Shown here: positions 53,718 to 64,000 of the stretch, one piece after another | How the letters are laid out: every line of letters begins with the position of its first letter | Numbering within the stretch: the stretch's first letter is position 1 | Origin: Octopus sinensis | Lineage: Eukaryota | Length of the DNA stretch: 64,000 nucleotides | Direction: 5' to 3' | NCBI RefSeq assembly: GCF_006345805.1 | Contig: NC_043009.1 | Coordinates: forward strand, 2,542,001 to 2,606,000 | Translations under genes and position numbers: made by a program | Notes under the pieces: generated by a model | Seen by the model: only the letters and a program-made list of their open reading frames with translations | Told to the model about the DNA's origin: nothing | The model's database searches: none

Positions 53718-53782
<65 letters not shown>

Positions 53783-53785
53783 CAT
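53595..53785. repeat. (TTC)n-(TCC)n-(TTC)n-(TTA)n compound microsatellite
   Basis: Directly visible. Confidence 0.95.
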
Positions 53786-53974
53786 TACCCAATAATAAAT
53801 AATTATTTTATATTTTATTCCTCATATCTTAACATAAGTTTTAGTAATCGTACTTTATAATACATGTTCATATCTATTAAATTATCTAATTTATGTTATC
53901 CCAGTTTATATCTTATTCCATTTTTATTTGTAGTTTTTCTAAATACAAATTAGATAATTATGTCGCTTTTCGTT

Positions 53975-54600
53975 TGTTCCAGTGCCTAAAGCTCAAAGTG
54001 TGGTTATTAAACCTGGCCTTGAAGTTACCCTCTGTAAGGCCCACGTAATTCTTCGTCGAAACCGTGTCTTTAGTGAGATAAAGGTGTCGATTATAACATA
54101 CATTGGAAGATTTTGGCCAGATGTAAGCCCTATACCAACGGCAGCGGAAGGTGCGGTCTATGCGACATGGAGAGATGGCTTATCTGGAAAAGCAGCTTAG
54201 ACCCTACTACATGTCTATACACAAGAACAGAGCTTTTCGGATCATGCCCACATGTGACTAAATTTCTGTTACGTTTTTGGTCCCCTACAGAAAACAGATA
54301 GAACATGCTTTCTATGTTATGTCCCAAGAAGATTTTATATATTTTTATATATTTTTATATATTTTTTAAGTATTTTTATATAATTTTTATATAATTTTTA
54401 TGACGAAAAATGCGAGCGATGTATAAGTACGCAGGCAAGCAGAGTTATAACAGAGTAATTTCCCTTTATATAATGGTATTTTTTCATAGCGTTTTCAAAT
54501 AGCCAGATAACCGAAGAGATGATGTTGTGGATTTCCACTTCGGAATCTGAAACTCAGAGTTTTATCTTGACTATCGAGTAATGTAACATATTATTGTAAT
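53975..54600 (+). mobile_element. PLE 3' end of a second lineage: endonuclease C-terminus plus pseudo-LTR
   Basis: KGVDYNIHWKILARCKPYTNGSGRCGLCDMERWLIW...TRTELFGSCPH (stop at 54301) is a typical PLE endonuclease tail; HHR downstream. Confidence 0.8.
54505..54567 (+). ncRNA. Type-I HHR with U4C core
   Basis: AGATAA-CCGAAGA-GAT...ATC-T-GAAA-CTC-A-GAG-TT|TTATCT. Perfect 6-bp stem I; internal GTGG/CCAC hairpin in stem II. Confidence 0.7.
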
Positions 54601-54606
54601 ATATAT

Positions 54607-54643
<37 letters not shown>

Positions 54644-54644
54644 C

Positions 54645-54763
<119 letters not shown>

Positions 54764-54834
54764 GTATATATATCTGATATATAATATATATACATATAAT
54801 ATATATATATATATTTAATATATATATATAATAA

Positions 54835-54872
54835 CTGTCCGACGAACGGGAACGTGAAACTCCGAGTAACAG
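54835..54872 (+). ncRNA. 38-nt minimal HHR with U4C core and GGAA tetraloop
   Basis: CTGT-CCGACGA-ACG-GGAA-CGT-GAAA-CTC-C-GAG-TA|ACAG; all helices pair. Confidence 0.75.
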
Positions 54873-55061
54873 GTGTTGTTGAATTTCTGCTGCTTTGAAA
54901 TAAAGTGTATATATATATATATATATAGTATATATATATATATATATATTATATACATATATAAGCATATACTACATACATACATATATATATATATTAT
55001 ATATATATTATATATATATATATATACACTTTATTTCAAAGCAGCAGAAATTCAACAATAC

Positions 55062-55099
55062 ATGTTACTCGGAGTTTCACGTTCCCGTTCGTGGGACAG
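55062..55099 (-). ncRNA. Inverted sister copy of the 54835 HHR, probably inactive
   Basis: CTGT-CCCACGA-ACG-GGAA-CGT-GAAA-CTC-C-GAG-TA|ACAT; G5C core change and a stem I mismatch. Confidence 0.65.
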
Positions 55100-55129
55100 T
55101 TATTATATATATATATATATATATATAAT

Positions 55130-55650
55130 GAAGATAATAAAAGCAAATAGAAAAAAAATATATATAACAGATACTTGGTTCACTTTATTTGTAACACAAT
55201 GGAAAAGTAATGCTAATTAAAAGTGGTGCCTATATGAATAACGATAAAAGAAACCGGATCAACAAACATCCAAGATATATCCGGAAAAAAAACATGAACT
55301 CCGCGTACTAATAAGTTGTTGTTCACATTTGAAAAATTCAAAACACTGTCCTCAAATTAGATATTTCGTAATTCAAGACCGGAAACTATACTCACTTTTC
55401 CCTGAAGATACTCGGCAATATTTGGTTTCTTACATCTATAATCATTTGAATGTTGAAGATTCAAATATACTGTCGGATTCAAACACGTGTAGGATTTGTT
55501 CCAGTATGTCTTCGATGTTTTGTCCATTCGGTTTGTTTTGTCCTTATTCCTATAGGTTTTACTTTGTATTATTTTCCATTGTGATACAAATAAAATTAAC
55601 CAAGTGTCTATTATATTTTTCCTTTTCCATTTTCTTTTATTAGATTTATA
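55130..55650. mobile_element. Old inverted pair of PLE-type repeats with a degenerate long-stem-II HHR at 55399-55494 (+)
   Basis: About 55130-55300 aligns to the reverse complement of about 55490-55650. TCC-CTGAAGA...CGGCAATATTTG/CAAATAT..TGTCG...(G missing)AAA-CACGTG-TA|GGA. Confidence 0.55.
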
Positions 55651-55759
55651 ATTTATTATACTGTTTATACATATATATTGAGGAACTTTCAATATATTTA
55701 ATATAGCCAGTTGGCATCTGTTTTGTTATCAACAATCACTTACGAGGAAATTCCATCCT

Positions 55760-55825
<66 letters not shown>

Positions 55826-55828
<3 letters not shown>

Positions 55829-56970
55829 GGGTAGGACAAAATAAAGAAACACCTAGCATCATAACATCATAATTTTGAAATATCCATAAACACGTCAAAA
55901 ATTGTTTATCTTTATGTTTTTTTATTTATTATTAGTGTTACTTAATATGTTTAGCTAAAATTGATGTTTCTTTACTCATAAATTAAAATTCATTAAAATG
56001 ACAGATATATCAGACTTTTAAAGAGGTCAAATTGTTGGTGCTCGTATGGCAGGCGCTAGCACAACGAAAACAGCCGAAATATTTGGTGTATCAAGACGTA
56101 CCGTCTCGAAAGTAATGATGGACTTTGAAAAACCTCCTTGTCGAAACAAAACTCTGGAAGTAAACCAAAACTTTCAGATAGAGACCGTCGGACTCTGCAG
56201 CGAATTGTTAAAAAGGATCACAAAAGTACAGCTCTCAATACTACTGCATTATTTTCAAGAACAAACTTTGCAAAGCGTTTGAGGTGGAGTAAAACCCAAC
56301 AGAATTGGTACCTAGAGCAGTGGAATTATGTTACTTTCTCGGACGAGCCATCCTTTATCTTATTTCCGCTCACCTGCCGAATATACGTGTGGAGACATCC
56401 AAAAAAGCATTTAACCCAGACTGGATTCTTCTAATTGTTAAACATGGAGGAGGATCTGTGATGATCTGCGTACTATATCTTGGAAATCCGCCGGCCCAAT
56501 GGTTTCCCTTCATGGTAGAATTAATAGTCAAGTCTATTTAAGCATTTTATCTGATCAAATTCATCCTATGGTTGCGGAACTGTTTCCAAAGGGAAATGCT
56601 ATCTTTCAGGATGATAATGCACCAATTCACATAGATAAAGTTGTTACAGAATGGCACGACGAACATTCTAGTGAAGTTGAAAATCTTATCTGGTCAACAG
56701 AGTCCCCAGAACTCAATATTATTGAACGTTTATGGTGCGGTTAAGAAAAAGAAGTAAGGAATCATCCACCATCATCACTACAAGACATGAAGTCTGTTTT
56801 GGCAGAAGAATGTTTTAACTGAAGAATTCCTTTGGAAACAATTGAAACTTTGTGCGAGTCCATACCTCGTAGAATTCAAGCTTTAATTACTGCCAAAGGC
56901 GGTCCTACCCCATATTGAAATAAATTTGTTTGAAATTTTAAGGTGTTTCCATTATTCTGTCCAATCTCTG
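55826..56970 (+). mobile_element. Tc1-family DNA transposon, DD36E, defective
   Basis: TIRs CAGGGGTAGGACAAAATAAAGAAACACC versus revcomp CAGAGATTGGACAGAATAATGGAAACACC; TA on both sides within (TA)n. Confidence 0.95.
55998..56918 (+). pseudogene. Tc1 transposase pseudogene
   Basis: MTDISDFKRGQIVGARMAGAS...FSDE...VKHGGGSVM...FQDDNAPIH...SPELNIIERLW...AKGGPTPY*. Several frameshifts; 36 residues between the second D and the E. Confidence 0.9.
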
Positions 56971-57008
<38 letters not shown>

Positions 57009-57029
57009 TATATATATATACACATACAG

Positions 57030-57062
<33 letters not shown>

Positions 57063-57079
57063 TATATATATACATACAT

Positions 57080-57110
<31 letters not shown>

Positions 57111-57133
57111 TATATATATGTAGAAAGCCACTG

Positions 57134-57366
57134 TGTGTGCATCCTTGCGTCTGTGTTTGTCCTCATGATCACCGCCTGAAAACCGGTTTTGGTGTATTTA
57201 CGTTCCCGTAACATTTGTGATTCGGTAAAAGAGACCAATAGAACATTACTAGGCTTTAAAAATACGTCCTGGTGTCGATCTGTTTGACTAAAGCCCCTTA
57301 AGCGCTGCTACAGCATGATCGCAGTCAAATGACTGCAACAAGTAAGAAAGTACAAGAATAAGATAA
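57134..57366 (+). mobile_element. SINE family A 3' half
   Basis: tttacgttcccgtaac...aaaagagacc...cgcagtcaaatgactgcaacaagtaag. Confidence 0.75.
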
Positions 57367-57980
57367 ATTTACAATGCAGTCGCCATCGCCAAACCCAGAA
57401 ACATGACTGGCCGGGAACATAAAAAATCGGATTCCTTTACTCGAGCCTTCCATTTCCTACACCTTAAAACTGATTCTTAGTTTCGTAACATTCCGGTTTC
57501 TATTCGTTTTTCAGGAATGAAATAATTTCAAGTATAAAAGTTTGATGCATTATCTTTAATAATAGTTTCAAATGAAATAAAACTATATTCACATTTAGTT
57601 AAATCTATGTTCTTCGTTAATTTGTTTGAATTAGATAGATGTCGTTTACACACTTAAATTAGGAAATATTCTGTTAAGTATGTATCTATAATACAGTGCA
57701 TTAGCTGCTGGACTGCTGTAAACGTATTAAATAACAATTACATTTCTTACATGAAAGATAAGTTTTCAAGAGAAATCCAATAGTGTTCTAATACACCGAA
57801 TATGATTTCTTTAAGTATAATTCTTCATTTCGAACAATTTGAAACTACATTAAAGGCTGAGTATTTTGCTTAAGATAGATAAAGATTGATAGATAGTGAA
57901 TAAGCTTGCTAGCTAGATTGATACGCAGACGCATTCACACACATGTATACATGCAAATACATATTTACAAATATACATAG

Positions 57981-58026
<46 letters not shown>

Positions 58027-58195
58027 TATATGTGTAATACATATACACATATACATATAGAAATACATGCATATATATGCATATATATGTATATATATAT
58101 ATGTGTGTGCGTGTGTGTGTGTGCATGTATATATATATATACATATATATATGTATGTGTATATATACATATATATATGTATTTATATACATATA

Positions 58196-58281
<86 letters not shown>

Positions 58282-58820
58282 GATAGATAGATGATGAGAG
58301 AGAGAGAGAGAGAGAGGAGAGAAAGAGAAAGAAAGTAGATAGGTTGAAATTTGATAGAGAGATATGAGAGGGATATGTATCATTATATCTCAAAGTGTAT
58401 ATCCCTTTGTTGTGGATAAAAGCTACTTCAATAGAAGATAAATTGTGTAGTCATCATTAATGCTAATCTGTGAAGTGATTGGTAGAATATAATAATGATG
58501 TAAAATGTATGAAAATAAGAACCGATTGCAGATATTTCTGATACAGCGTGCAGAAATACAACAGACCACATAAAATGTATTTACCAGTAGTGGTAGGTGT
58601 AATTAATTTGTTTAAGAGAGGAAACTCGACTTTGATACGGAGACGAAAATTGTTCTTTTTAGTGAGGATCATGATTACGTTTCGCTCCTCATCGGTTCTG
58701 AACTGGCGGATATTAAATGAAATATATTCATTTGTTCCCAGTAATAATCGTTTTGCCATAGTCACAAGCGAGGAATTTGCGGGGAGGTGTCTCCACGGGT
58801 ACATTAATCCCAACACTCAA

Positions 58821-58927
58821 CAGGTGCATATTTTATCGGCCTCAAAATGGTGAAAGGTAAAGCCGATCTCCTCAGAGTGTGAACTAAGCATTTCTCTGGC
58901 GTATTATCAATTCTGCCAACTCACCGC
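58821..58927 (-). mobile_element. SINE family B fragment
   Basis: ttctgccaactcaccgc end; head-to-head with the 58955 copy. Confidence 0.55.
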
Positions 58928-58954
58928 TAATATGTTCCGTAATATTGGTTTTAA

Positions 58955-59795
58955 AGGCTGTGAGGTAGCAGAAACGTTTGCTTAGCGAAATGCTAAGCGG
59001 TATGTCGTCTGCCGTTACGTTCTGAGTTCAAATTCCGCCGAGGTCTACTTTGCCTTTCATCCTTTCGGGATCGATAAATTAAGTACCAGTTACGCACTGG
59101 GGTCGATATAATCGACTTAATCTGTTTGTCTGTCCTTGTTTGTCCTCTGTGTGGTTAGCCCTTTGAGGGTAGTAATGAAATAGGTATGTTGTCTGTCTTT
59201 ACGTTCTGAGTTCAAATTCGTCCGAGGTCGACTTAGCCTTTCATCCTTTGCTGGTCAATAAATTAAGTATCAGATGCGTACTGGGTCGATCTAATCGACT
59301 GGTCTATTCCCTCAATATTTCTGGCCTTGTATCTAGATTAGAAAAAGGATATTGGCTTTAAAGGCGGCGACCTGGCAGAAACATTAGCACGGCGAGCGAA
59401 ATGCTTAGCGGTAATTTGTCTGTCTTTATGTTCTGAGTTCAAATTCCTCCGAGGTCGACTTAGACTTTCATCCTTTCGTGGTCGATGAATTAAGTACCAG
59501 TTACGCACTGGGGTCGATACAATCGACTTAATGCCTTTGTCTGTCCTTCTTTGTCCCCTCTATGTTTAGCCCCTTGTGGGTAGTAAAGAAATAAAGAAAT
59601 AAGAAACGTTAGCACGTCGAGCGAAATACTTAGCAGTTTTTTGTCTGTCTTTACGTTCTGAGTTCAATTCCTCCGAGATCGACTTAGCCTTTCATCCATT
59701 CGGGGTCGATAAATTAAACACCAGTTGCGCAATGAGGTCGATCTAATCGACTTGGCCCTTCCCTCAAAATTTCGGGCATTGTGCCTAGAGTAGAG
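58955..59795 (+). mobile_element. Two adjacent SINE family B dimers (58955-59345 and 59362-59795)
   Basis: Repeated gttctgagttcaaattcc...cctttcatcc...aagtaccag units; junctions near 59180 and 59596. Confidence 0.9.
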
Positions 59796-59799
59796 AAGT

Positions 59800-60120
59800 A
59801 TATTGGTTTTAAATGTTGGCACGAGACCAGCAATTTTGGGGCAGGTGTCAATGTATTATATTTGAACACAAAACGTAAAGTTGAAAGAAAAGCCTATAAA
59901 CATTTTTTCAAGGACGGTAACGATTTCACCTGTAATATTGGTTTCAAATGTTGGTACAAGACCAACGATGTTTGGAGATTGGATAAGTCGATTACATCGA
60001 CCACAGTATTTAACTGGTACTTATTATCGACTCCGAAAGGGGGAAATGTAAAGTCGACTGCGGCGGAATTTCAACTCATAATATAAAGACGGTCAAAATG
60101 CGGCGAAGCGTCTTCTCCGT
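59800..60120 (-). mobile_element. SINE family B fragments, degenerate
   Basis: aaatgttggcacgagaccagcaatttt and actggtacttattatcgactccgaaagg...aaagtcgac. Confidence 0.65.
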
Positions 60121-60762
60121 CCCCAGCTGGCCTTTTTTCTGTTCAGTAATATGAAACATCGGACAATACCATGTTCTGTTTGCTCAAGTATTCTTGGAAA
60201 AATTGCCTTGTCTAGTATATTAAAGCCACTTATAATCTACCTTATTGTTTCTTTGGTTAAATGATATTACTTAGGAAATGTGGTGTAATAATCATTCACC
60301 ATCACAGATGTAATCTTTAATAAGTAAACTAATCTCATGTAATATACGCTATAGAAATCGGAAACCTATTGCCTTGTTTATTATCACTTAGCTAATCCAT
60401 GTTGTAAGAAATATTGCACATTCTATTTCAAATCTGACTTCATAGTTTATTTCATAACTTTTCAACCAGGTGTTTTTTTTTTCTATCCAACACACAACCT
60501 TTCAAGTCTTTAACGGCGAAATTAAATTTCATGGTTATTCCAGTGATGATATTGTAACAATGTATGATGCTATTTAATTCCAGTGATGATGTTATATCTA
60601 TGTATTACAGAATATAATTATATTTTCTACACGTCCCGTGGCCTCTTTAAATTTGTCTTGTCTCAACACAAAATATTTTCAACCATGCTAACCCGCAACA
60701 AAAAATAGATTGGAGCATAAAATTGCTTTCCAAATTTGAGCGTACCTTTATCTTTTATCTGT

Positions 60763-61038
60763 TTTCCTTCTTTTACTTGTTTCAGTCATTAGACTTCGGC
60801 CATACTGGGGCACCGGCTTCAATTTTTAGTAGAATATATCATACACATACATATATGTATATGTGTGTGTGTGTACGAATATATATATTCATACACACTC
60901 ACACACACGCACACATATATACACCGGGCGTTTTCAGTTTCTCCCTACCAAATCCACTCACAAGGCTTTGGTAGGTCTGAAGATATAGTAGACGAAACTT
61001 TCCCAAGGTCCCATGCAGTAGGACTGAACCCTAAACCA
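60763..61038 (-). mobile_element. SINE family A with internal deletion
   Basis: Tail at 60763-60817 and 5' part at 60925-61038. Confidence 0.75.
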
Positions 61039-61169
61039 AGTCGGTGAGAAGCATTATTATTACGGAAATCTCAAGTGGATAGATCTGATGTTTTTTGCAA
61101 AATGTTTTAAGCACAAACCAACCCAAAGTCATGTTTCATTTTGATGTTGCAATACTAGAATATGTGGAT

Positions 61170-61465
61170 GGCACAATGGCCCAGTGGCTAGGGCAGCGGA
61201 CTCGTGGTTTCGATTCCCAGAGTGGGCGTTGTGTGTGCTTATTGAGTGAAAACACCTAAAGTTCCATGAGGCTCCGGCAGCGGTGATGGCGACCCCTGTT
61301 GTACTCTTTCGCCCCAACTTTCGCTCACGCTTTCTTCCTATTTCTTGAGTAACGCTGCGATGGACTGGAGTCCCGTTCAGCTGGGGGGAACACAAACGCC
61401 ATAGAAACCGGAAAACCGGGCCCATGAGCCTAGCTAGGCTTGAAAAGGGCGCATAAATAAAAAAA
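61170..61465 (+). mobile_element. Mosaic SINE: family D head and body with family C tail
   Basis: gcacaatggcccagtggctagggc...gaaaacacctaaag...ctctttcgccccaactttc, then gagtaacgctgcgatggactgg...gggcccatgagcctagctaggc. Confidence 0.8.
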
Positions 61466-62174
61466 ATATTAGAACATATATGGAAATCATATTTACATTG
61501 CTGTATCTTTACACTGAACGTGGTTTACGCATCGGGAAGCGAACTTAAAACTTCAACACGAAGGCGGATATTTAGTGTTTACGTTTAACTGCCGCATACT
61601 GCATCTATTTAAATTTCAACACATAAAAAGAAACGCTACTTCGATAAAATATTTTAAACAACAACCATTTAAAATATATATTTACACTAAAAATAAGAAT
61701 CTTCGACAACAACAAAATAAATGTTTGTCTAATTAACTGGAAAAAAATATAGTCATTATTTGTTCCTACCCTCGAGGCTAATTATGTGCTGTAATTAGCA
61801 GCAATCTGATCTTCATAATCGCAAGCTCTTTGCCATCGAAACTGATATTTTCTTTGATGAACAATATGAGGTATCAAGGGAAAGTGAAAATGAATCTAAA
61901 TAAATATTCTAAACATGACTTATAATATTTCCGAAAGTAATAATGCGAAATCTTTAAGAAATACCAATAATAGTGACGTGGGATTATCTATTTCCATTAT
62001 TCCTCACGGAATAAATTATATTAATTTAATATTATAAACCAAGGACACGCACACAAATTAATCTATGATAATAATAATAATAATAACAATAGCAACAACA
62101 ACAACAACAACGATAATAACAACAACAACAACAACAACAACAGCAGCAGCAAAAACAACAACAACAACAACAAC

Positions 62175-62214
<40 letters not shown>

Positions 62215-62655
62215 TAAATATGTAAAATATAGGCATAACATGCGCAGGTAAAGAACAATGTGTTGAAGTACTCAATATGAATTGTAGTGTAAAGAATTCT
62301 CATCGTAAATACAAAGGATTTAATTTCACAATTCCATTTTGATTTTATAGAAAATAATATGGAATTTATATATGACCTGTTGCGCCTAAGACTAATTTTG
62401 ATATAGGTGATGTTTGGATGGGAAACATCGTAGAATTATTAAGGAATTGAATTGGAGAAGATTAGGCATATTAACACACATACGCACATACGCGCGCAAA
62501 CACTGATAGTTCTGGCAAATTTCAGCTGCTTCCTTTTAAGGAACATAAAACAAAAACATTTTTTCTGTTCCATTTATTTCTAATTGGAAATTCCGCACAT
62601 GTCTATTTTTGCTGTCAATTAGGAAATTAAATACGTGTAGACTGTGTGGCAAGGA

Positions 62656-62808
62656 GCAGGAGTGGGTGCGTAGCAAGTAGCTTCCGTACCGGGTTCAGTC
62701 CTACTGCGTGACACCTAGCGCAAGTGTCTTCTACTATAGTCTCGTGCCGACCAAAGTCTTGCAAGTGGATTTGGCAGGCGGAACTGAAAGAAACCCGTGG
62801 TATATATG

Positions 62809-62844
<36 letters not shown>

Positions 62845-63073
62845 ATGTGTGTGTGTGTGTGTGTGTATTTGTGGGTCTGTGTCTGTCCCCACCATCATCA
62901 CTTGACAACCGATGTTTGTGTGTTTACGTCCCGTAAACATGTTACCGAACCGCTAAGCAACTTAGCGGTTCGGTAAAAAGAGTGCAATGGAATAAGTCCT
63001 GGGGTCGATGTATTCGACGAAAGGCGGTGCTCCTATATGGCCGCAGTCAAATGACTGAAAGGAATAAAAGAAT
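62656..63073 (+). mobile_element. SINE family A, full length
   Basis: Collinear with the other copies; internal TA/TG repeat. Confidence 0.85.
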
Positions 63074-63104
63074 ATATATATATATAACTCCATCCATTTA
63101 TACT

Positions 63105-63184
<80 letters not shown>

Positions 63185-63730
63185 TAAGTATATGACTATA
63201 TATACATTATGCATATGTGTATATGATTATATATATACATATATATATATATATCAATAATATTAATACGCAAACTTTTTGTGTTTGTATGTACCTGTTG
63301 TGTGCGTCACACATCAAAGAAGTAGCAAAACGAGAGAGAGTAGGACATAGAGGAAGTTAGAGAGAGTGAGAGAGAGAGAGTAAAAGAGGCAGTGAGTGGC
63401 GACGGCGTTCGTTTTGTGTTTTTAAATGTTTATATTATCGCAAGAGAAATAGATACATAGGTACCTATACACATTGTTAAATCAGAAGCTGTAGAGAAGA
63501 GGGACACAAAGGAAGAGAGACAGTAGATACATAAACCCAAAGATACATACACCCAGCAAATATTGACTGCCCTTTTTAGCATGTAAGAAGTCCACAAAGT
63601 GGTCTTCTCTGCTTCTATAAAATTTTGTATACTCTTATATTATAAAAATCTTTTTGTCTTCTGACTTTCATTACGCATGCTAACCACTGGGAATAATAAT
63701 TTATTTTAATAATTTATTACCCTTTTAAAT

Positions 63731-63784
<54 letters not shown>

Positions 63785-64000
63785 AAATGGAAAGATGAAT
63801 TATCTTGTTACGGATTATTCAAAAGTTTAACCGATACCTGGGTAGCAAAAATCACAGCAGAAAAAAACACGGTTGGAGATATGACCATATGGTGTTGCAA
63901 CCGTGCGTTGGTGCGGATAATTGAAGTTTAATATAATTATTATATTAATTATATATACTAATTATTATACTAATTATATATATATATATATATATATATA

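Noticed and set aside
58665-58700. Minus-strand CCGATGA-GGAGC-GAAACGTA hammerhead-like word
   Set aside because: Stem I does not pair and stem II is a single base pair.

Overview
AT-rich, microsatellite-saturated eukaryotic DNA with no convincingly supported host exon. The repeat content is most consistent with an intron or intergenic region of an octopus genome (my inference from recognising the repeat families; no search was run). The window is a mosaic of transposon relics: about five tRNA-derived SINE families (30+ copies, one forming recurrent multimers), two TA-flanked Tc1/mariner elements (one with a countable DD36E triad), a palindromic MITE, 3' ends of CR1-like and R4/Dong-like LINEs, a GC-rich gag/ORF1-only element with a CCHC knuckle, and at least four Penelope-like element (PLE) coding fragments. 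The strongest signal outside the ORF track is 11 minimal type-I hammerhead ribozyme (HHR) motifs from about 7 sequence families in PLE-type terminal repeats. They share palindromic stem III and show recurrent core variants (U3-A8 covariation, U4C), often as inverted pairs. A second candidate is a 64-aa ORF resembling a secreted Cys-rich prepropeptide, followed by a decayed tandem paralogue (42.6-43.0 kb). Almost all other listed ORFs are translations of simple repeats.
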